This document shows, one piece after another, positions 1-14,774 of a stretch of DNA of 64,000 nt (positions are counted from its first letter, which is position 1; every line of letters starts with the position of its first letter). The translations under genes were made by a program, and so were the position numbers. This DNA comes from Eledone cirrhosa (lineage: Eukaryota): positions 124,744,001 to 124,808,000 of the forward strand of contig OZ024745.1 in the NCBI GenBank assembly GCA_964016885.1, read 5' to 3'. Below the pieces are notes generated by a model that was not told the origin of the DNA, searched no databases, and saw nothing but the letters and a program-made list of their open reading frames with translations.

Positions 1-1690
1 CATTACTGCACAAACTGGAGACGTTGAGGGGCGTCCCGCGCGAACTAGGATGCGGAAGATCCGTGTCAGCATATGCGGGCGATGTCACCGTAGTGGTGTC
101 GAACGCCAAACTCATCGAGGCGATCGCTACTACACTAAGAGAATACGAAGCAGTGACAGGAGCAATGATCAACCAGGAAAAGTCAGTGGTCCTGCAGCTC
201 GGCACCTGGAGAGGCAGGTCCATGCCGTCCAACAGCGTCGTCGGACGCTGGACGGACGGACCGGTTAAATTGCTAGGGATCTGGTTCGGTCCGGACCTCC
301 AGACGGACAAAACCTGGGACGAGGTGACGATCAGGGTGGCTTCTCTCACCCAGAAATGGGCGGAGAGAAAGCTATCCCTGAAAGGTCGAGCGGAGGTGTC
401 TAACGCGTACATCGCGTCCGTCATTTGCTACCGCCTGACTGTCGTAACTTGTCCTAAGTCCCGCCTGACTTCGCTGGAGCGTTTGCTCTTTCGCTTTTTG
501 TGGAAGGGACGCGCTCCGATGGTCAGGCGCTCCATCTGCTGTCAACACCCGCTACGTGGAGGGCTGGGCAGGCCGTGGCTGAGGATGCGCAGACACGCGC
601 TCAAGCTACGACATCTCCACCTCTTCCTCGACGGTGATCAGGTGTGGTCGACATTTGTTAGACGCGTTTTTCCCCAGCTCGTTTCCTTGACGGAGCTGCA
701 GTCCTGGGTCAAGCGAAGACCGAGAGGGTGCGCTTGGAGACTGGAATGTCCTTCAGGCGCTCACAGCCCTCGACCAAAACGGGTAATGTGATCGGTGGAA
801 ACTCCACCTTGGCGTTCTATAGAGGATTAGTGGAGGGGAAGTGCGACGACGTACTCGGAGAAACTCTAGGCTTCGACGAAAATCAGCTAGCCAATCTCTT
901 CGGAAGGACTTTCGGGCCGGGGCCTATGGACAACTTCCAGAAATCCCTGGCCTGGCAGTACTACCGAGGAGCTTTGCCAGTTCGGGAAAACTCTACAGGC
1001 ATTGAGGTGCCGTCAGCCGGGCATGTCCGAGATGCGCGCAAGGCGACGAAACCGTCCTGCACGCACTCGTCCAGTGTCCGAGCATTGCTGACTTGTGGGT
1101 TTATGTCGAACACCTGCTGTCACGTGTAGGACGGATCCAGCTATCAGTTGAGTCCATCGTGAGGATTGCCCCGCTCTCTTCCTTTAGCCGGGAAGGGCAG
1201 GCAGTTTTTATCTGTCTGGTGGCCATGGCGAAAGAGATAGTATGGTGGACACGTTTGAAAGGGCTGAAGACGAGCACTTACCTCTTCGGTGATGCCCTGA
1301 TTAACTTTTTCAAATTTCATTTGAAAAGGAAAATCAGGATAGAGAGGGAAGTGCTCTCTTTCCAGCATTTTGTTGAAAGATGGGTGAGAGAAGCAAGTAT
1401 GGCCCGAGTGAATGGGTCTACTCGAGTATGTGTTTGTAAATTAAAGGTGGAAAACTGGGAGAGGGCACTTGCCCTGGCTGTCAGGGTCACTGTGGCCTTT
1501 TAATGGGCTTACTCCACAAATGTCCCTCGGAAGTCTCCCCCTATTGGGGAATTTTTCATTGTTATTTTTTATTACATCCTCTGTTTTTTTTTACACGCAG
1601 AAATGCCCATTTGTACCGTCCTGTATTGTCCTGTACTGTCCTTAATGTCTACTTTATGTAAACCCTTGTGGTTAATAAAGAAACCATTAT
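1..1690 (+). mobile_element. Tx1/L1-clade non-LTR retrotransposon, 3' part (RT C-terminus plus zinc-binding domain), frameshifted
   Basis: ORF 24-791 has AYAGDVTV (YADD-like), KLLGIWF, LSLKGRA, FLWKG and HPLRGGLG. It continues through frameshifts into a C..C...ET..H...C knuckle region and ORF 1093-1503, and ends at AATAAA plus an (ATT)n tail. Confidence 0.9.
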
Positions 1691-1704
1691 TATTATTATA
1701 ATAA

Positions 1705-1882
1705 GGCGGTGGATTGGCAGTATCGGTAGAGGGCCGGACGCCTTGCATTGAAGCATACAGTTACCTCCTTTTATGATCTGAGTTCAAATCCCGCCGAGGT
1801 TAACTTTGCTTTCCATCCTTACGGGGGTCGATAAAATAAAGTACCAGTAATGTACTGGGTAATTGATGGCCTTGTGCCTAAA
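1705..1882 (+). mobile_element. tRNA-derived SINE (central domain resembles the Meta-type SINE core)
   Basis: A-box-like TGGCAGTATCGG, B-box GAGTTCAAATCC, then CATCCTTACGGGGGTCGATAAAATAAAGTACCAG. At least 7 related copies or fragments occur in the window. Confidence 0.8.
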
Positions 1883-1883
1883 T

Positions 1884-2195
1884 TATTATTATTATTATTA
1901 TTATTTGAAACTTCCTTTGATTCCTGCTTCTTTCTCCAATCATACCGAGTGTCAACCTGATATCTGAGGCCAAATTTGATAATACACACATTTTACAATC
2001 AATTGTCATACAAATGAGGACACAAGGGTAAATGTCTTTGCAAGGTTTTTTAATTGATAATGCCCTTCTCAAAACATGTACAGTACCAGTCAGCTCTTTT
2101 TTCTGTATCTCTTGCTGAGATGACTTTCGAGGTATCCTGCCCAAATATTTTTCAGTTCCATTTTTCCTCATTCCAAGTGCACCGACTATCACTGG
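1884..2195 (-). mobile_element. R4/Dong-like non-LTR retrotransposon, 3' end fragment
   Basis: LPVIVGALGM..GTEKYL..I....QEIQK..LTGTVHVLRRALS is the typical C-terminus of the restriction-like endonuclease region, followed by an (AAT)n tail. Confidence 0.7.
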
Positions 2196-2372
2196 CAGTT
2201 TCGGTAGGGCGTCGGATACCATGCTTTGAATCATTTAATTACGCACCTTTACGATCTGTGTTCAAATCCCGCTTAGGTTAGCTTTCTCTTTCAACCTTAC
2301 GGGGTCGATAAAATAAAGTACCAGTAATGCACTGAGATAATTGCTGCCTTTGTTCCAAAAGCAGAAACAATT
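2191..2372 (+). mobile_element. SINE copy (same family as 1705-1882)
   Basis: GTTCAAATCCCGC and GGGGTCGATAAAATAAAGTACCAGTAATG. Confidence 0.75.
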
Positions 2373-4379
2373 ATTGTTATTTTATTTTTTCTCTCGTGGA
2401 ACGCGAAGTAGAAATTAGATTATTAACACATTTTATGCGGTGATTAATCGTTTTTGTAATTTTTGTCAGCAAGAAATAGTTTCAGACGTCGGCACATGTA
2501 CTTAAATGACTGAAGTAGAGAGAATGTTTGATTTAAACACCATTTTATTTCTTTCCCCAATTTCATCGTATATTCAATATGTTTTTGGCGTGATTTCCTC
2601 TCTTAAAGATACAATAAGACTTGGAACAAGAACATTAACCCATAAACAAAGAAAAGAAAATGAAACAGCACTAATTACGTCTCGGAAACAAACCTCTATT
2701 TAAATCTTCGAATACACGATGACTAATAAAAATGGAAGATAAATAGAAATGAAAATAATATTAACAGAAAAAATAACAAGAATTATAAAACTTACATTCT
2801 AAAATACAGAGAGTCTAATTTAATATAAAAAAAAAACTCAAATGCATATTCATAAACAAATTTAAATATAGTAAACATCCACATAGATAGCTGTTATCAA
2901 AGAGAAAAAATAACTAAAAAAGTGGCAGAATGAATACATTTGAAGTTAGACACAGTGAAAGAGTTCCCACCCATGCCTCATTTGCTGGATAACAGACCTG
3001 TACTATATGTGAATTAATTGGCAACGAAAATGTTTGTCTGAAATGGAGTTGAAGGAGCACCGTAATGACATACGACGTGTCTTGGGAACGTTAAACCTAA
3101 TGAGGCTTATCCATTTCCAGGTTTGAACACAGCCGCCGACTTCTACTAGAAAAGAGAGGGAGAATAGAAAAGGCAAAGAGATACAAACGAAGAATTGACT
3201 TAAGTACCGTGACTGAAACTTTTCTATCGACCACAAAATGACAAAAACCAACGTTACCTTCATAACTATTTCTACGCGGAGCACAGAGACCCAGAATGGA
3301 TGCTGTTAAAATTCTACCCGATATTCTACCGAATCTATTAAAATTCTACCCGATATTCTACCGAATCTATTAATGTACCCCTGGAAACATACGCACGATA
3401 TTAAAACAACAAATGAAAATTACTATTTGCTACCCAGTAATTCGTACATAATAAAAGTGGTAGTGAAACACAAGGGTTATTGTAAAAGGTATATGTGAAG
3501 ATGATATTCATTGGCTCGTATTCAGTTCTGCAGAGCACTACATTCAAATTGTTACCTCGGAATTAGTGGAACAACAGTAACAACAATAAAACCAAAAGCA
3601 GCAGCGACAACATAAACTACATAAAAATGTCAAGAACAACAGCAGCTCTTGGTGTTTTTGTTGCAGAAACAGCTTCCAGAAGTTGCTGCTAGTCATACCA
3701 GTTTTGTAGCTGTGAAGTCGATAACAAAATGCATCCTTCCACCTCAGCCAGTAAATCCATACCTTCGTCTTGAGAACAACACATACAATTAAAAGGGAAT
3801 TATATCCAAGATGATTTGCAATATGCGTACAAACGGAAATAAAAACCCACACCACCCGTCATAAACATTCAATTCACACCACTGAAAATCTCTAACAACG
3901 TAATTATGGTATTCCTAATTGGATTGTGCAAGGAAAGTGAGATGAATAATGACGTAGTTTGCGTGGAAATTATGGCAAAATACCGTTGACACAGGAAAAA
4001 TAAACTTCTGATGAAAAACATATCAATAGCATATTAATAAATCTACTAGTGCGCGGGGCTTCCTCGTTTCCCAAAATATAGGGAAGTGATTCACAAGATT
4101 AATTATTGGGGTCAAAGCTAACAGAGCAGTAGAAGAGGTAAATATTAAGTCTCAAGTAATCATCTCGCCTGTATTGATCTAGTTTCAATAATTCTATATT
4201 TAATCGTTCTTTATCTTTGAAATGGTTTGGTATAACCTATCTGAATTGGAGTCGGTCAAAATTATTATATACTAATAAATACTTCTCGGAAAATAATTCA
4301 ATACAAGCTAATATATTAAACCATGATATTTTCAATTACAGGTCGGCTTACCAACAGCTTTTGCTGGTGCATGGTTCAT

Positions 4380-4510
4380 TTCCGACATTTTCTTACCCTC
4401 ATAGATTATCGAGTTGTAAGGGGTTTCTAGGTTTTGGCCAAATAATTAATAGGCCTATAGCTTCCATGGTCTCTGCTGCTTTCTTTGGGCAACAAATACC
4501 GTTCTCTTAA
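4380..4510 (-). mobile_element. Degraded non-LTR reverse transcriptase fragment (R4/Dong-like)
   Basis: Minus strand reads RYLLPKESSRDHGSYRPINYLAKT*, matching the LLPK...YRPI motif. Confidence 0.5.
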
Positions 4511-5095
4511 TCAGTCATTCAGGTATTGAGTCAGATTAGTTATTAATATATCACCTTGCACTATTAATAATGTCAATATTTCTTACAATATAATTATAGT
4601 GCGTATAAATAATTTCCTAATATGAAGAAGATTACATATACCGTATATGTAACGAAACGGCTTCTCATGAACATCAACATGTACTTTGAGAGTTGAATGA
4701 AGAGAATATAGTTTTGTCAAAAGAAAATCTGAAAGTGTTCCAATCATATTGAAATTGGAATCTTTTGCTAGTCAGATCTGCATCTTCTTTTGACTCTTTC
4801 CCACTCATTGGCCCTGGTTATGTTATAATACCCAAAGATTTGTTAGCATAAAGGATGGGTAATTATCAATGTTTGTGATGTTATGTATGTGTCACCGACT
4901 ATTTTATTCTAGCTATTCCAAATGGAGCAAATATCTACTCACATATAAAACTTATGTAATAATAACATAACTAATATCCTTTCAAATTCGAAATTCACCC
5001 TTCGTTTTCTTGCAGAATTTGGTCATGGGATTTCGTCTAAGCTGAATGTCAATAACATTCTTGATATTGTAGTGAACGAGAGAAAACACCCACAA

Positions 5096-5143
<48 letters not shown>

Positions 5144-5168
5144 GTTATACATATATTATATATTATAT

Positions 5169-5207
<39 letters not shown>

Positions 5208-5925
5208 TATTACAGATTAAAGGTCAAGTATTGTGAGGTCTCCTGAAACTGAGAAAATTTAATCTGTTGACGCAGAAGTATATATTTAAAAAAACGTTAC
5301 GACAAAATATTATCTTTAGAAAACAAGAACACATAACGGTAGTACGTGAAGATATTCTCTTGGCATGGGCGAAATATATGCAAGGATAATTAGGTCATTA
5401 TGTGGAGTGAGAAGGTGAATATCTGCTATCGAAGAAACATAGTTTTGTTATGAAAAATTCAGGAGACAATTATTCCTTCAATTTTGTCTTTTTAAATTTT
5501 TCTTAAGAACATTCTCGGTAATATATTTTATTCCATCAGTACCAAACTAATACGTCATCTTCACTTGTTAAGATCATTTATTAATTAAAACACATTTAAA
5601 TGTGATTTTCTGGGTGTTTATCCGCTAGACTTGGTGTATTATCGCTTCGCTTTCTTGAAGAGTATTTGACTAAAAAAAAAACATGCAAGAAATAGAAATT
5701 ATATAAATGGTATTGTTTCAAATCAGACTGACATACCTGCCCAATGATGAAAATATTTCAGACGCATACATTCTGTTAGTAAGTATCCAGGTGGTAATGC
5801 GTGATTTGAAGAAGGCGATTTGGCCAAAACTCCATCAAGTTAAGTGAACAGGTAGACGCTACCAGCTTGGCTTCATATTAAAAATAAAAAATGAAGAATA
5901 ATTCTATGAAAACAAATATGTTTAA

Positions 5926-6340
5926 TCTTCTTCTTCTTCTTCTTCTTCTTCTTCTTCTTCTTCTTCTTCTTCTTCTTCTTCTTCTTCTTCTTCACCCACT
6001 TATTCCTGAGAGGGTCATGGGGGCAGGGTCCTCAATCACTTCTTCCAGCTGGTCCTGTCAGAAGCAACCATCTCCAACTGATCCGGCTGGATCTCCAAGC
6101 GTGTCCAGCCAAGCTGATGGATGTTATCCAACCATCTCGCTCCTGGTCTACCTCTGGTCGCCTACCTGTTGGTTTCGCCCGTAAAATCTGACTATTTCCT
6201 GAGAGATTGTAACTACATGTCCATAGTATCAGAGCTGTGATCTCTCAATTTGGAAAAGTAGCGGCTCTACCTGGAGTGACTCTCTGATCTCCGAACTACG
6301 GACTTTATCGAATAACGTTACTCCAAAGACCAATCGTATA
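5926..6340 (-). mobile_element. RTE-clade LINE 3' fragment with (GAA)n tail
   Basis: Minus strand reads RPEVDQ/RPGARWLDNIHQLGW..LEI...LEMVASDRTSWKK followed by (GAA)n. A related copy lies at 32750-32945. Confidence 0.75.
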
Positions 6341-6959
6341 TAAATAAATAACTGGATATTAAACATATTTAATAGAAACAAAGAACAATAGAAATTAGAC
6401 TACAAATATCCGTATTAAACTCATATCGATCAATACGTGATTTGGCATGTTTTCTTTGGTATACTATATGGTACGTTTGGCGATGAGAAATAGAATATTT
6501 ACGGTTTGTCACGTGCATATGGTATGTAAAATAAATGAAATAGTTACCCCAAGGAATCAAATATAACTTCACCGAATTAGTTTTTCAGGCGGTTATCTCG
6601 GATCTGCATTCATTTGTCGTTTTCCTAATCGATGCTTAAGTAGCATATACCAATTAGAAATATATGCAATAGGAAAATGAGAGTGACACAACAGACAATC
6701 TTTTTCCCTTGTGTAGAGACTCAAGTAATAGAATTAATAACATGCAATATAACGTGCAGTTTATCAGGCAAAATATTCATAGAAAGCTGTTTGTTTTACA
6801 TTTATTTTACCTTCAGCTTTCAATCGTATTAAACAACCAATATATTTCAAACAAATTTTACGTTTACGAACTATGAAACCAATGATGGGAAACAAATATC
6901 TGATTCGCTTAATTGGGTGTAATTCCGCATTTCAGCTACGCAATCTTTCACATGTTACA

Positions 6960-7290
6960 GCACAAACTGCAAATTATGACTGCAACGATAATATTGTCAA
7001 TGATAATATTCTGGTTAATTTTTCTTATTGCCATCATCATAATCATCATTATCATCATAATCATCATCAACATCACCATCTTCATAATCAACAACAATAT
7101 CATCCCCGTCGTCATCATTATCATCATCAAGATCGTCTCCACTGTCGTCATGGTTGTCATCATCATCAGCATTATAAACTTTGTTGTTATCGTTGTCATC
7201 ATAATAGTCATCATCATCAGTATAACACGCATCTTCGTTCCCTGAAGTGTCAATAGGATTAGTATAATTAATACCATAGCTTTTAATATC
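6960..7290. repeat. Degenerate (CAT)n triplet repeat
   Basis: Imperfect CAT/AAT/CGT runs give His-, Ile- and Met-rich spurious ORFs. Confidence 0.8.
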
Positions 7291-7727
7291 ACGACATCTA
7301 GTACAATGTATTATTCAATTTCCTGTGTCTTGTCAACACCATCAGCTCCATGAATATATTTGTATTATGCTACACCTTACAATATTTGGAATAAATGACA
7401 CCACATTAACTATTTTCATATCAGCCTCTGCGCCCATCGGTGAAGATCTATTGTTGCATTACCGTTGATACTTTTGTATAGAATATGTATTATATCATAG
7501 TTTATAGATGATGAATAATTCTCATTCGTTTTTAAAATGTAAGTAGTCTTTTCGCTTTTAGAATATGTACATTATATATATATATATATATTGTTATACT
7601 TGGGGAGGGTCATATATATATATATATATACATATATATTTATATATACATATATATATACATATATATTTATATACATATATATATATATACATATATA
7701 CATACACACACGCATGTATATACATTT

Positions 7728-7850
<123 letters not shown>

Positions 7851-7997
7851 TACATATATATATATATATACCCACTTCGAACAGTGGATTAACCCCTTTA
7901 AGGTAAAAGACTAATTGCCATCGCTGTCTTTTACGTTTATATTCTATCACCAAACCTGCATTGTTCCGGCCTTCTAATTTCAAACGTTTATATATAT

Positions 7998-8042
<45 letters not shown>

Positions 8043-8069
8043 CGAAACATAAGTCTATTGCATGAACTC

Positions 8070-8520
8070 ATAATCCTTTATTTACTGCTATATATATTTC
8101 GATCATAGCCATTGAATGGTTATGACCTCATCAGGCAGTTAATCAGTTCTTAGATATGCCAGCTCTGTGTTTATAGTGTTGATGGCATCAGAGCCTTGGG
8201 ACATATGAGCTTGTTAGGAATAATTTAATGTTGTCAGCAGGAATAGTCTTGATTCTCATTGGTCAGTTTGTAGATGCTAGTAGGGTTGGTATTTGACCTC
8301 AAAGAGGCAGGTGGTGTTGTAAAGTTCAAACCGTCAGGCAAGATGACAATAGTTCCATATGACTGATTTTCACAAAAAGCATTCCTGGTCAGATATATAT
8401 TCAATTAAGGTTAATAGTATGAAATAGATACTGCAGGTCATTCTTAAATTGAGGAATTTATGTGGAGTGGTGCTACTGAAATTTATGGTTAGAGTAGAAA
8501 ATTTACAAATAAAAAGACTT
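8070..8520 (-). mobile_element. Penelope-like element 3' remnant (end of GIY-YIG region plus pLTR)
   Basis: Minus strand reads ..YGTIVILPDGLNFT.. (P.GLN end motif), followed by a hammerhead ribozyme and AATAAA. Confidence 0.65.
8084..8139 (-). ncRNA. Type I hammerhead ribozyme, well preserved
   Basis: ACTGC-CTGATGA-GGTCATAACCAT TCA ATGGCTATGATC-GAAA-TATATA-TA-GCAGT: 5-bp helix I, long helix II, palindromic helix III, AUA cleavage triplet. Confidence 0.85.
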
Positions 8521-9029
8521 ATGTAGGTTGGCTTGTACGTACACTCACACCCACCTCCACAGACACACACACACATCCACACATACAAAGTGTGGGGTGG
8601 TAATACTTAAAATAATGGTTAGAGTCCAATACTTAGATAGTTTAGAAAATTTAGAGATAAAAGGTTTATGCTGGTTGACTTGTACATACACTCACACCTA
8701 CCCCCTCAGACACTCACACATCTACACACACAAATCCATACAGGTGTGCATATACATATATGTATGCATGTATGTACGCACAAGTATATATATACATATA
8801 AAATATATATATATACATATAAAATATATATATATACATAAAATACATACATACACAAAATATATACACACATAAAACATACATACATATATATTTATAA
8901 AATACACATACATATATATAAAACATATACATATATATACATATATATAAAATACACATATATACACATATAAAATATATATATATATATATATACACGA
9001 TATATATATACATATATATATAAAATCAG

Positions 9030-9445
9030 GTTAAATAAAACGTGGTTTAGATGACTCCTAACTAGTAGAGGATCCGGTGGACCATCCACCATAGGATCAC
9101 AAACTATGGTTGGTTGTTGTTGTCCATTGGTCATTGGTACGGATGTAGGGGACCTACAGGGGGGGGGGGGATTTATCTATATAGCTAGAGGAAAGTTCCC
9201 GTCCTTAGGTGTCTGCAGGCACCGAATAAGTCGGCCCTTCTGTTTAATAGCTTGGTTCCGCCATGAAGAATCTCGAGTGTCTCACTAAGACAGAGGTTGC
9301 AAATACCAGACCCACCTCTGTCTGGGGGAACCTTTCTAACCACGGACGAGACCAGATAGTGCGGGGTCTTTTCAAGTTTGAGCTACCAGATCAATTCAGA
9401 AAGGGCCGTACATTTCCTCTTATCTATTCTGTTAAAGGAATGGCG
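9030..9445 (-). mobile_element. Penelope-like (Neptune-type) GIY-YIG C-terminal fragment
   Basis: [20 protein letters not shown]...[12 protein letters not shown]....LLNRRADLFGACRH. Confidence 0.8.
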
Positions 9446-9575
<130 letters not shown>

Positions 9576-11269
9576 ACAACAACCATTCTGCAGTCCCTTA
9601 TTATCTATATCCTTATCTATACCCCTAACATTGCTTTAAGAAAATAATTTTGTTCGCAATTTCTGGATATATTTCATCCATTCCTAATTGGCCTACTATT
9701 ATTTGCGGACATTCAACTGTAACAGCGAAAGGGCCTTTATTTTTAAATTCAGGAAAAGTATATATGAAAATTACAATCAGCTCCTCTCCCTTATATTTAA
9801 GAAGAAAAAATGTGTAGGAGCCGTCATGCTATGTATAACAAATATATATCTGAGATCATGAAGCAAGCCTTTCACTGAAAATGCTATAAATACCAGTAAA
9901 TAAATAAGTTCAGTTAGAAACATTTCAATGATGTGTATTTTCTATCAGTTCTCCATCTTTATTCAAGTAAAATTAGGAGTTATGTATAAGGATATTACTT
10001 CTATACAACTGCAACTGCAATCAAACGTTTCCCAACACAAGTAACACGTATTATATTCCATGATAACTTGAATATGACTTTTAATACTTTTCTAACATAA
10101 AGTTATGTGAATGTATACAGTTGTATTGTTATCTAATATGTTTCTATCATATAATTTCTATGTTCGAAATAATACATACTTGGTAAACTGCTGTGGAATT
10201 TAATACTTTAATGCATAGTTAGTTATTCTTCAAAAATCATTTTAGAAACAAGGAGCTATTAGAAACATTGTTTATATGTGATGCTTCTGCTGTTAATATG
10301 TTTTATATTCCCGGAAAATGATGTTCTGCATTTGAGGCATTAGTATCATGTACACATTATGATACTCAGTGTTTAGCTGAGATATGACGTCAATATTATT
10401 TGTAAGATGATTCACTTTTCTCTAAACGTTGTTAAAGAAAATAAAAACAGTATTATATAGAATTTTAAATGAAACCATTTAAATGATTTGAAATTATCGA
10501 AAGTATATTCAAAATGTTGATTTAATATTGTCAGCGTATTCTTGGTGTAAACCATACAATAAAATATAAAATATGCACATTAGAATACAATGGTGGAAAA
10601 TGAAAATTGAGATTCATGCATTTTTGTATTAATAGCGTATAACTAAAACTAACGCTGCAAACTATGAAATGCAAGAGAACTTTCAGATTATTTTATTAAA
10701 AATTCTCCTATTTTCTTTCAATTTTATTTGCTTCAAATTATTTGTATTTCGCTTCTTATTCCTTTGCATTTTCATTGATTTCCCTTCTTAAAATTGATTA
10801 TAAACACCAAAACCCTACACCTGTAAGAAAAGAAAATTGTAATCTTTAGTAAACAAATTTAGATTTAAATAGCTTTCATTCTATTTTAAAGATTAAAATA
10901 TAGATTTAAGTAACTTTATTTCTATTTCAACAAAAGAAAAATTCTTATTCATCTTTAAATACAAATAAACTAAAAACAAATGCAAGGCAATCTTTAACTA
11001 AGTAATAAATTTGTCTCACAGGATTCTGCAGAAGATATTCCAGTTGTAAATTTTTCGAATAACTCATCACTTTATATCCTAGAAAAGAGCGTGCGATTAT
11101 GCATGTATGTTTGTATGTATGTATGTATGTATGTATGTATGTATGTATTTATGTATGTATGTATGTATGCGTGTACGTATGTATGTATGTTTGTATATGT
11201 GTATGTATGTATATATGTATGTTTGTATGTGTGTATGTATGTACGCATGTGTGCATGTGTATGTATATG

Positions 11270-11620
11270 CGCGGGGACATAGAAATAATCGGGCTGGATA
11301 CCCGATCGCGCAGTTAAACCACTGGGGGTGAAGGACCCTAGCCTTTGTCGGGGCATTCTTCTAGGAGAAAACAACTCAAGAAACTGGGATAACTCCGACA
11401 TAAGACCTGCGGCTCAGTACTTAACGATGATGTTGATCTTTTCTTCTTTTCGGGTTACAGCTACTGTCGCTTACAGAGTTTGATTGGCTCAGTGCACAGT
11501 CTTTCCTCACTTAAAAAAAAATCTTCACGCTCAGGCATTGCACGATAGAATTAATTAATAATTATTAATAATGGTATATCGTGCAATGGAAATATTCGAT
11601 AACGAGGGGGCAGCCATTAT
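11270..11620 (+). mobile_element. Non-autonomous RTE-derived element, family A (5'-truncated)
   Basis: Homologous to the RTE 5' UTR at about 19900-20062, joined to an RTE-like 3' end (CGATAACGAGGGGGCAGCCAT), and embedded in (TATG)n. Confidence 0.75.
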
Positions 11621-11844
11621 GGTTATAACTATTGTCACAAATGCATGCATGCATGCATGCATGTATGTATGTATGTATGTATGTATGTATGTATGTATGT
11701 ATGTATGTATGTATGTATGTGTGTGTGTATGTATGTATGTATGTTTACATGTATGTATGTATGTATGTACGTATGTATATATGTTATTTTTTTTTAACTT
11801 TATCTAAATTATTCTTCGTAGAAATTTAGCCGACCTCTAATAAT

Positions 11845-12029
11845 TGCTTCTACTTATGGCACAAGGCAAGCAATTACCCAGTACATTACTGGTACTTTAT
11901 TTTATCGACCCCCTAAGGATGAAAGGCAAAGTTAACCTTGGCGGGATTTGAACTCAGACCATAAAGGGCCGTAACTCTTTGCTGCAAGCATGGCGTCCGA
12001 CCCTCTACCCATACTGCCAATCCACCGCC
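11845..12029 (-). mobile_element. Full-length SINE with target-site duplication
   Basis: Reverse complement of the 1705 family, flanked by the direct repeat GACCTCTAATAAT (11832-11844 and 12030-12042). Confidence 0.85.
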
Positions 12030-12079
12030 GACCTCTAATAATGAAGATCGTAGCGGTATGTCATATATCAAATCAAATG

Positions 12080-12141
12080 TTTTGTCTGATGAGGACGTAC
12101 TGAAAAATCAACGCAGTACCTTTGAAATATATATAATAAAG
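12080..12141 (+). ncRNA. Type I hammerhead ribozyme, partly decayed
   Basis: TTTGT-CTGATGA-GGACGTACTG..CAGTACCTTT-GAAA-TATATA-TA-ATAAA. Confidence 0.65.
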
Positions 12142-12280
12142 TATATATTTGGATTATGAGAATATTTTTCATTTGTTAATATTTTGAATAATATCAAAAA
12201 CTCCAGGAAAAGTTACTGTTGAGTGCTTCTAAGCTATTGTTAAATTGTACTCATTGAGTAATCAACGAACTAATCTTTGG

Positions 12281-12489
<209 letters not shown>

Positions 12490-12532
12490 TATTTATATGT
12501 ATACATATATATTTATATATATGTATGTGTAT

Positions 12533-12567
<35 letters not shown>

Positions 12568-12631
12568 CATCCACACACACATATATATATATGTATATAT
12601 GTTTATATATATATACATACATATATACATA

Positions 12632-13141
12632 CATGATCGCTGCCCCCTCGTTATCGAGTATGGCCATTGCACGATATACCATTATTAATAATTATTAATT
12701 AATTCTATCGTGCAATGCCTGTGCGTGAAGATATTTTTTAAAGTGAGGAAAGACTGTGCACTGAGCCAATCCCACTCTCTGAGCGACAGTAGCTATAACC
12801 AGAAAAGAAGAAAAGATCAACATCATCGGTAACTACTGAGCCGCAGGTTTTATATCGGAGTTATCCCAGTTTCCTAGAAGAATGCCCTGAAAAAGGCTAG
12901 GGGTCCTTCACTCCCAGTGGTTTAACCGCGCGGTACATGTGTATATACATATTTACACACTTTTGGATGGCTGTTGACTCTTATGAGTTCTTCCGCCCTT
13001 TGTCAGGTACTGTTTTTTGTCCTGCAGGGTGTCCAAAATCCCCTCCTCACCAAATAAACTTGGTGGGGTTGCTGGTTTAGTCGCCATGTGACAGGTTGTA
13101 CTGGGTTACATATTACCAGTAGCACTCAAGAGTGAACCGAC
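12632..13141 (-). mobile_element. Non-autonomous RTE-derived element, family A (full 5' end)
   Basis: Starts at the same position as the RTE at 19654 (GTCGGTTC..GAGTGCTACTGGTAA) and ends with the shared GGCAGC.ATCATGTATG tail. Confidence 0.8.
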
Positions 13142-13161
13142 ATAACATACATACATGAATA

Positions 13162-13769
13162 CATGGTGGCTGCCAACTCGTTTTCGAGTACGACCACTAC
13201 TTTATATCCATGTAGAACTCCTACCGATGCGCTGAACGAGTGTGACTTTTTAGTCCAGCCAGCGACTTGAAAACTCTGGTACTAACACTACACTTGTGAC
13301 AATTATTGACACATAGTGCTGGGCTCATGGTACCATGTGACGACAAGTGCAGAGAGATCTCCAGATATAAAGCAATGCCTGTGCTGTGAAGCTTTTATAG
13401 TCAGCAAAGGCACTGCACAAAGCCAGTCCCACTCTCTTAACCAAGATGATATTTACCAAAAAGAAGAACAATTCAACATCATTGGATACCATCAGGGTTG
13501 CAGGTGTTATATCAGAGTTTTCCTTCTCCTAGAATTCTGCCTGGACAAAGGCTAAGGGGTCATCTCTCCCGGTGATTTTGGATGGCTATTGACTCTTAAG
13601 AGCCCCTTTGCCTTTTGACAGGTTTTGTTTCTAGTCCTGCAGGATGTCCAAAGCCACCCTCCTCACCAAGAAACCTTGGTGGGGTTGCCAGTTTAGTCGC
13701 CAACGACCCGACCATGAGACAGGTTGTACTGGGATACATGTTACCAGTAGCACCAACTGGTGACCTGAC
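13162..13769 (-). mobile_element. Non-autonomous RTE-derived element, family B
   Basis: Same 5' leader (GTCAGGTC..GTGCTACTGGTAACATG), a different middle, and 3' end CTCGAAAACGAGTTGGCAGCCACCATG. A second copy lies at 52107-52386. Confidence 0.8.
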
Positions 13770-13810
13770 ATGAATACATACATACATACATACATACATA
13801 CATACATACA

Positions 13811-13859
<49 letters not shown>

Positions 13860-14774
13860 CTAAATATATATGACACATTTTTCAAGTGCATTTTTTTCTA
13901 TATTTTATGAAACAAAAGAAATTGCTAAGAAGTATTTATTTTTTTAGTTTTGTTTGAAACACTAAGATAAAACGTTTGTCATACGTCTAGAACTACTATT
14001 GTTAATAAATTCTAATTGTATTATTTCATCCTTTGATAAACATATGAAATAATTTTAAAATACAAGGATAAAAATGTTACTTCAATAAATAAAAACTTGT
14101 AAATGTCTGAAGTCTGTTTTATTGTACCCATTGTAAACGACCAATTGTTTAACAATGAAATTATACAATTAATCGATATATTCCGGACTGGTGTTTACAC
14201 CTATATATCTAAAACAGGTAAATTGACTTTAGAATGGAAGAAATGTGTCTATATATTATTGAGTATCTCTGACACAGATATATCTTTTCTACAGGTACTG
14301 CTTTTTTTTAGATTACTACTTCATATTTCACCCGCTAGTCCCGATTGTTCAATATGATTACAATATATCTACACACAATAGGAAAACGCAGAATCAATAA
14401 TGTTCAATTGCACGCCGACTGTTAAATTATTTACGAAATGACTCATAATAACTAGTTCTTTTTTAAAACATTAGTTTCGTATGGACATTTACAACGACTA
14501 AGGGCATCATTACTTGCATTTTTCAACTGAATTTCGTCCAAATACGTTTAAAGGTTTCATAATCGTATTACATTTGTTTAGCAGCTTAGAGATACTTTAA
14601 TAATTCTTATAGCACCAATGATAAATTGCCTCATCTGTCTATCGTTAAATTCATATTACTTATGTCACCAAATCGCAGAATTACTAACACAAAATAAATT
14701 TGACATTAAGGAGACATGAATGTGGAAATCACGAAAAAGCTATCAATTTTCATATGATATATATGTAAATATAT

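Noticed and set aside
1705-1800. tRNA gene
   Set aside because: A/B boxes belong to a multi-copy SINE head with no complete cloverleaf.
2900-3960. Protein-like stretch, possibly a decayed LINE ORF1, with a 32-bp tandem duplication near 3306-3372
   Set aside because: Many stops and no motif I can identify with confidence.
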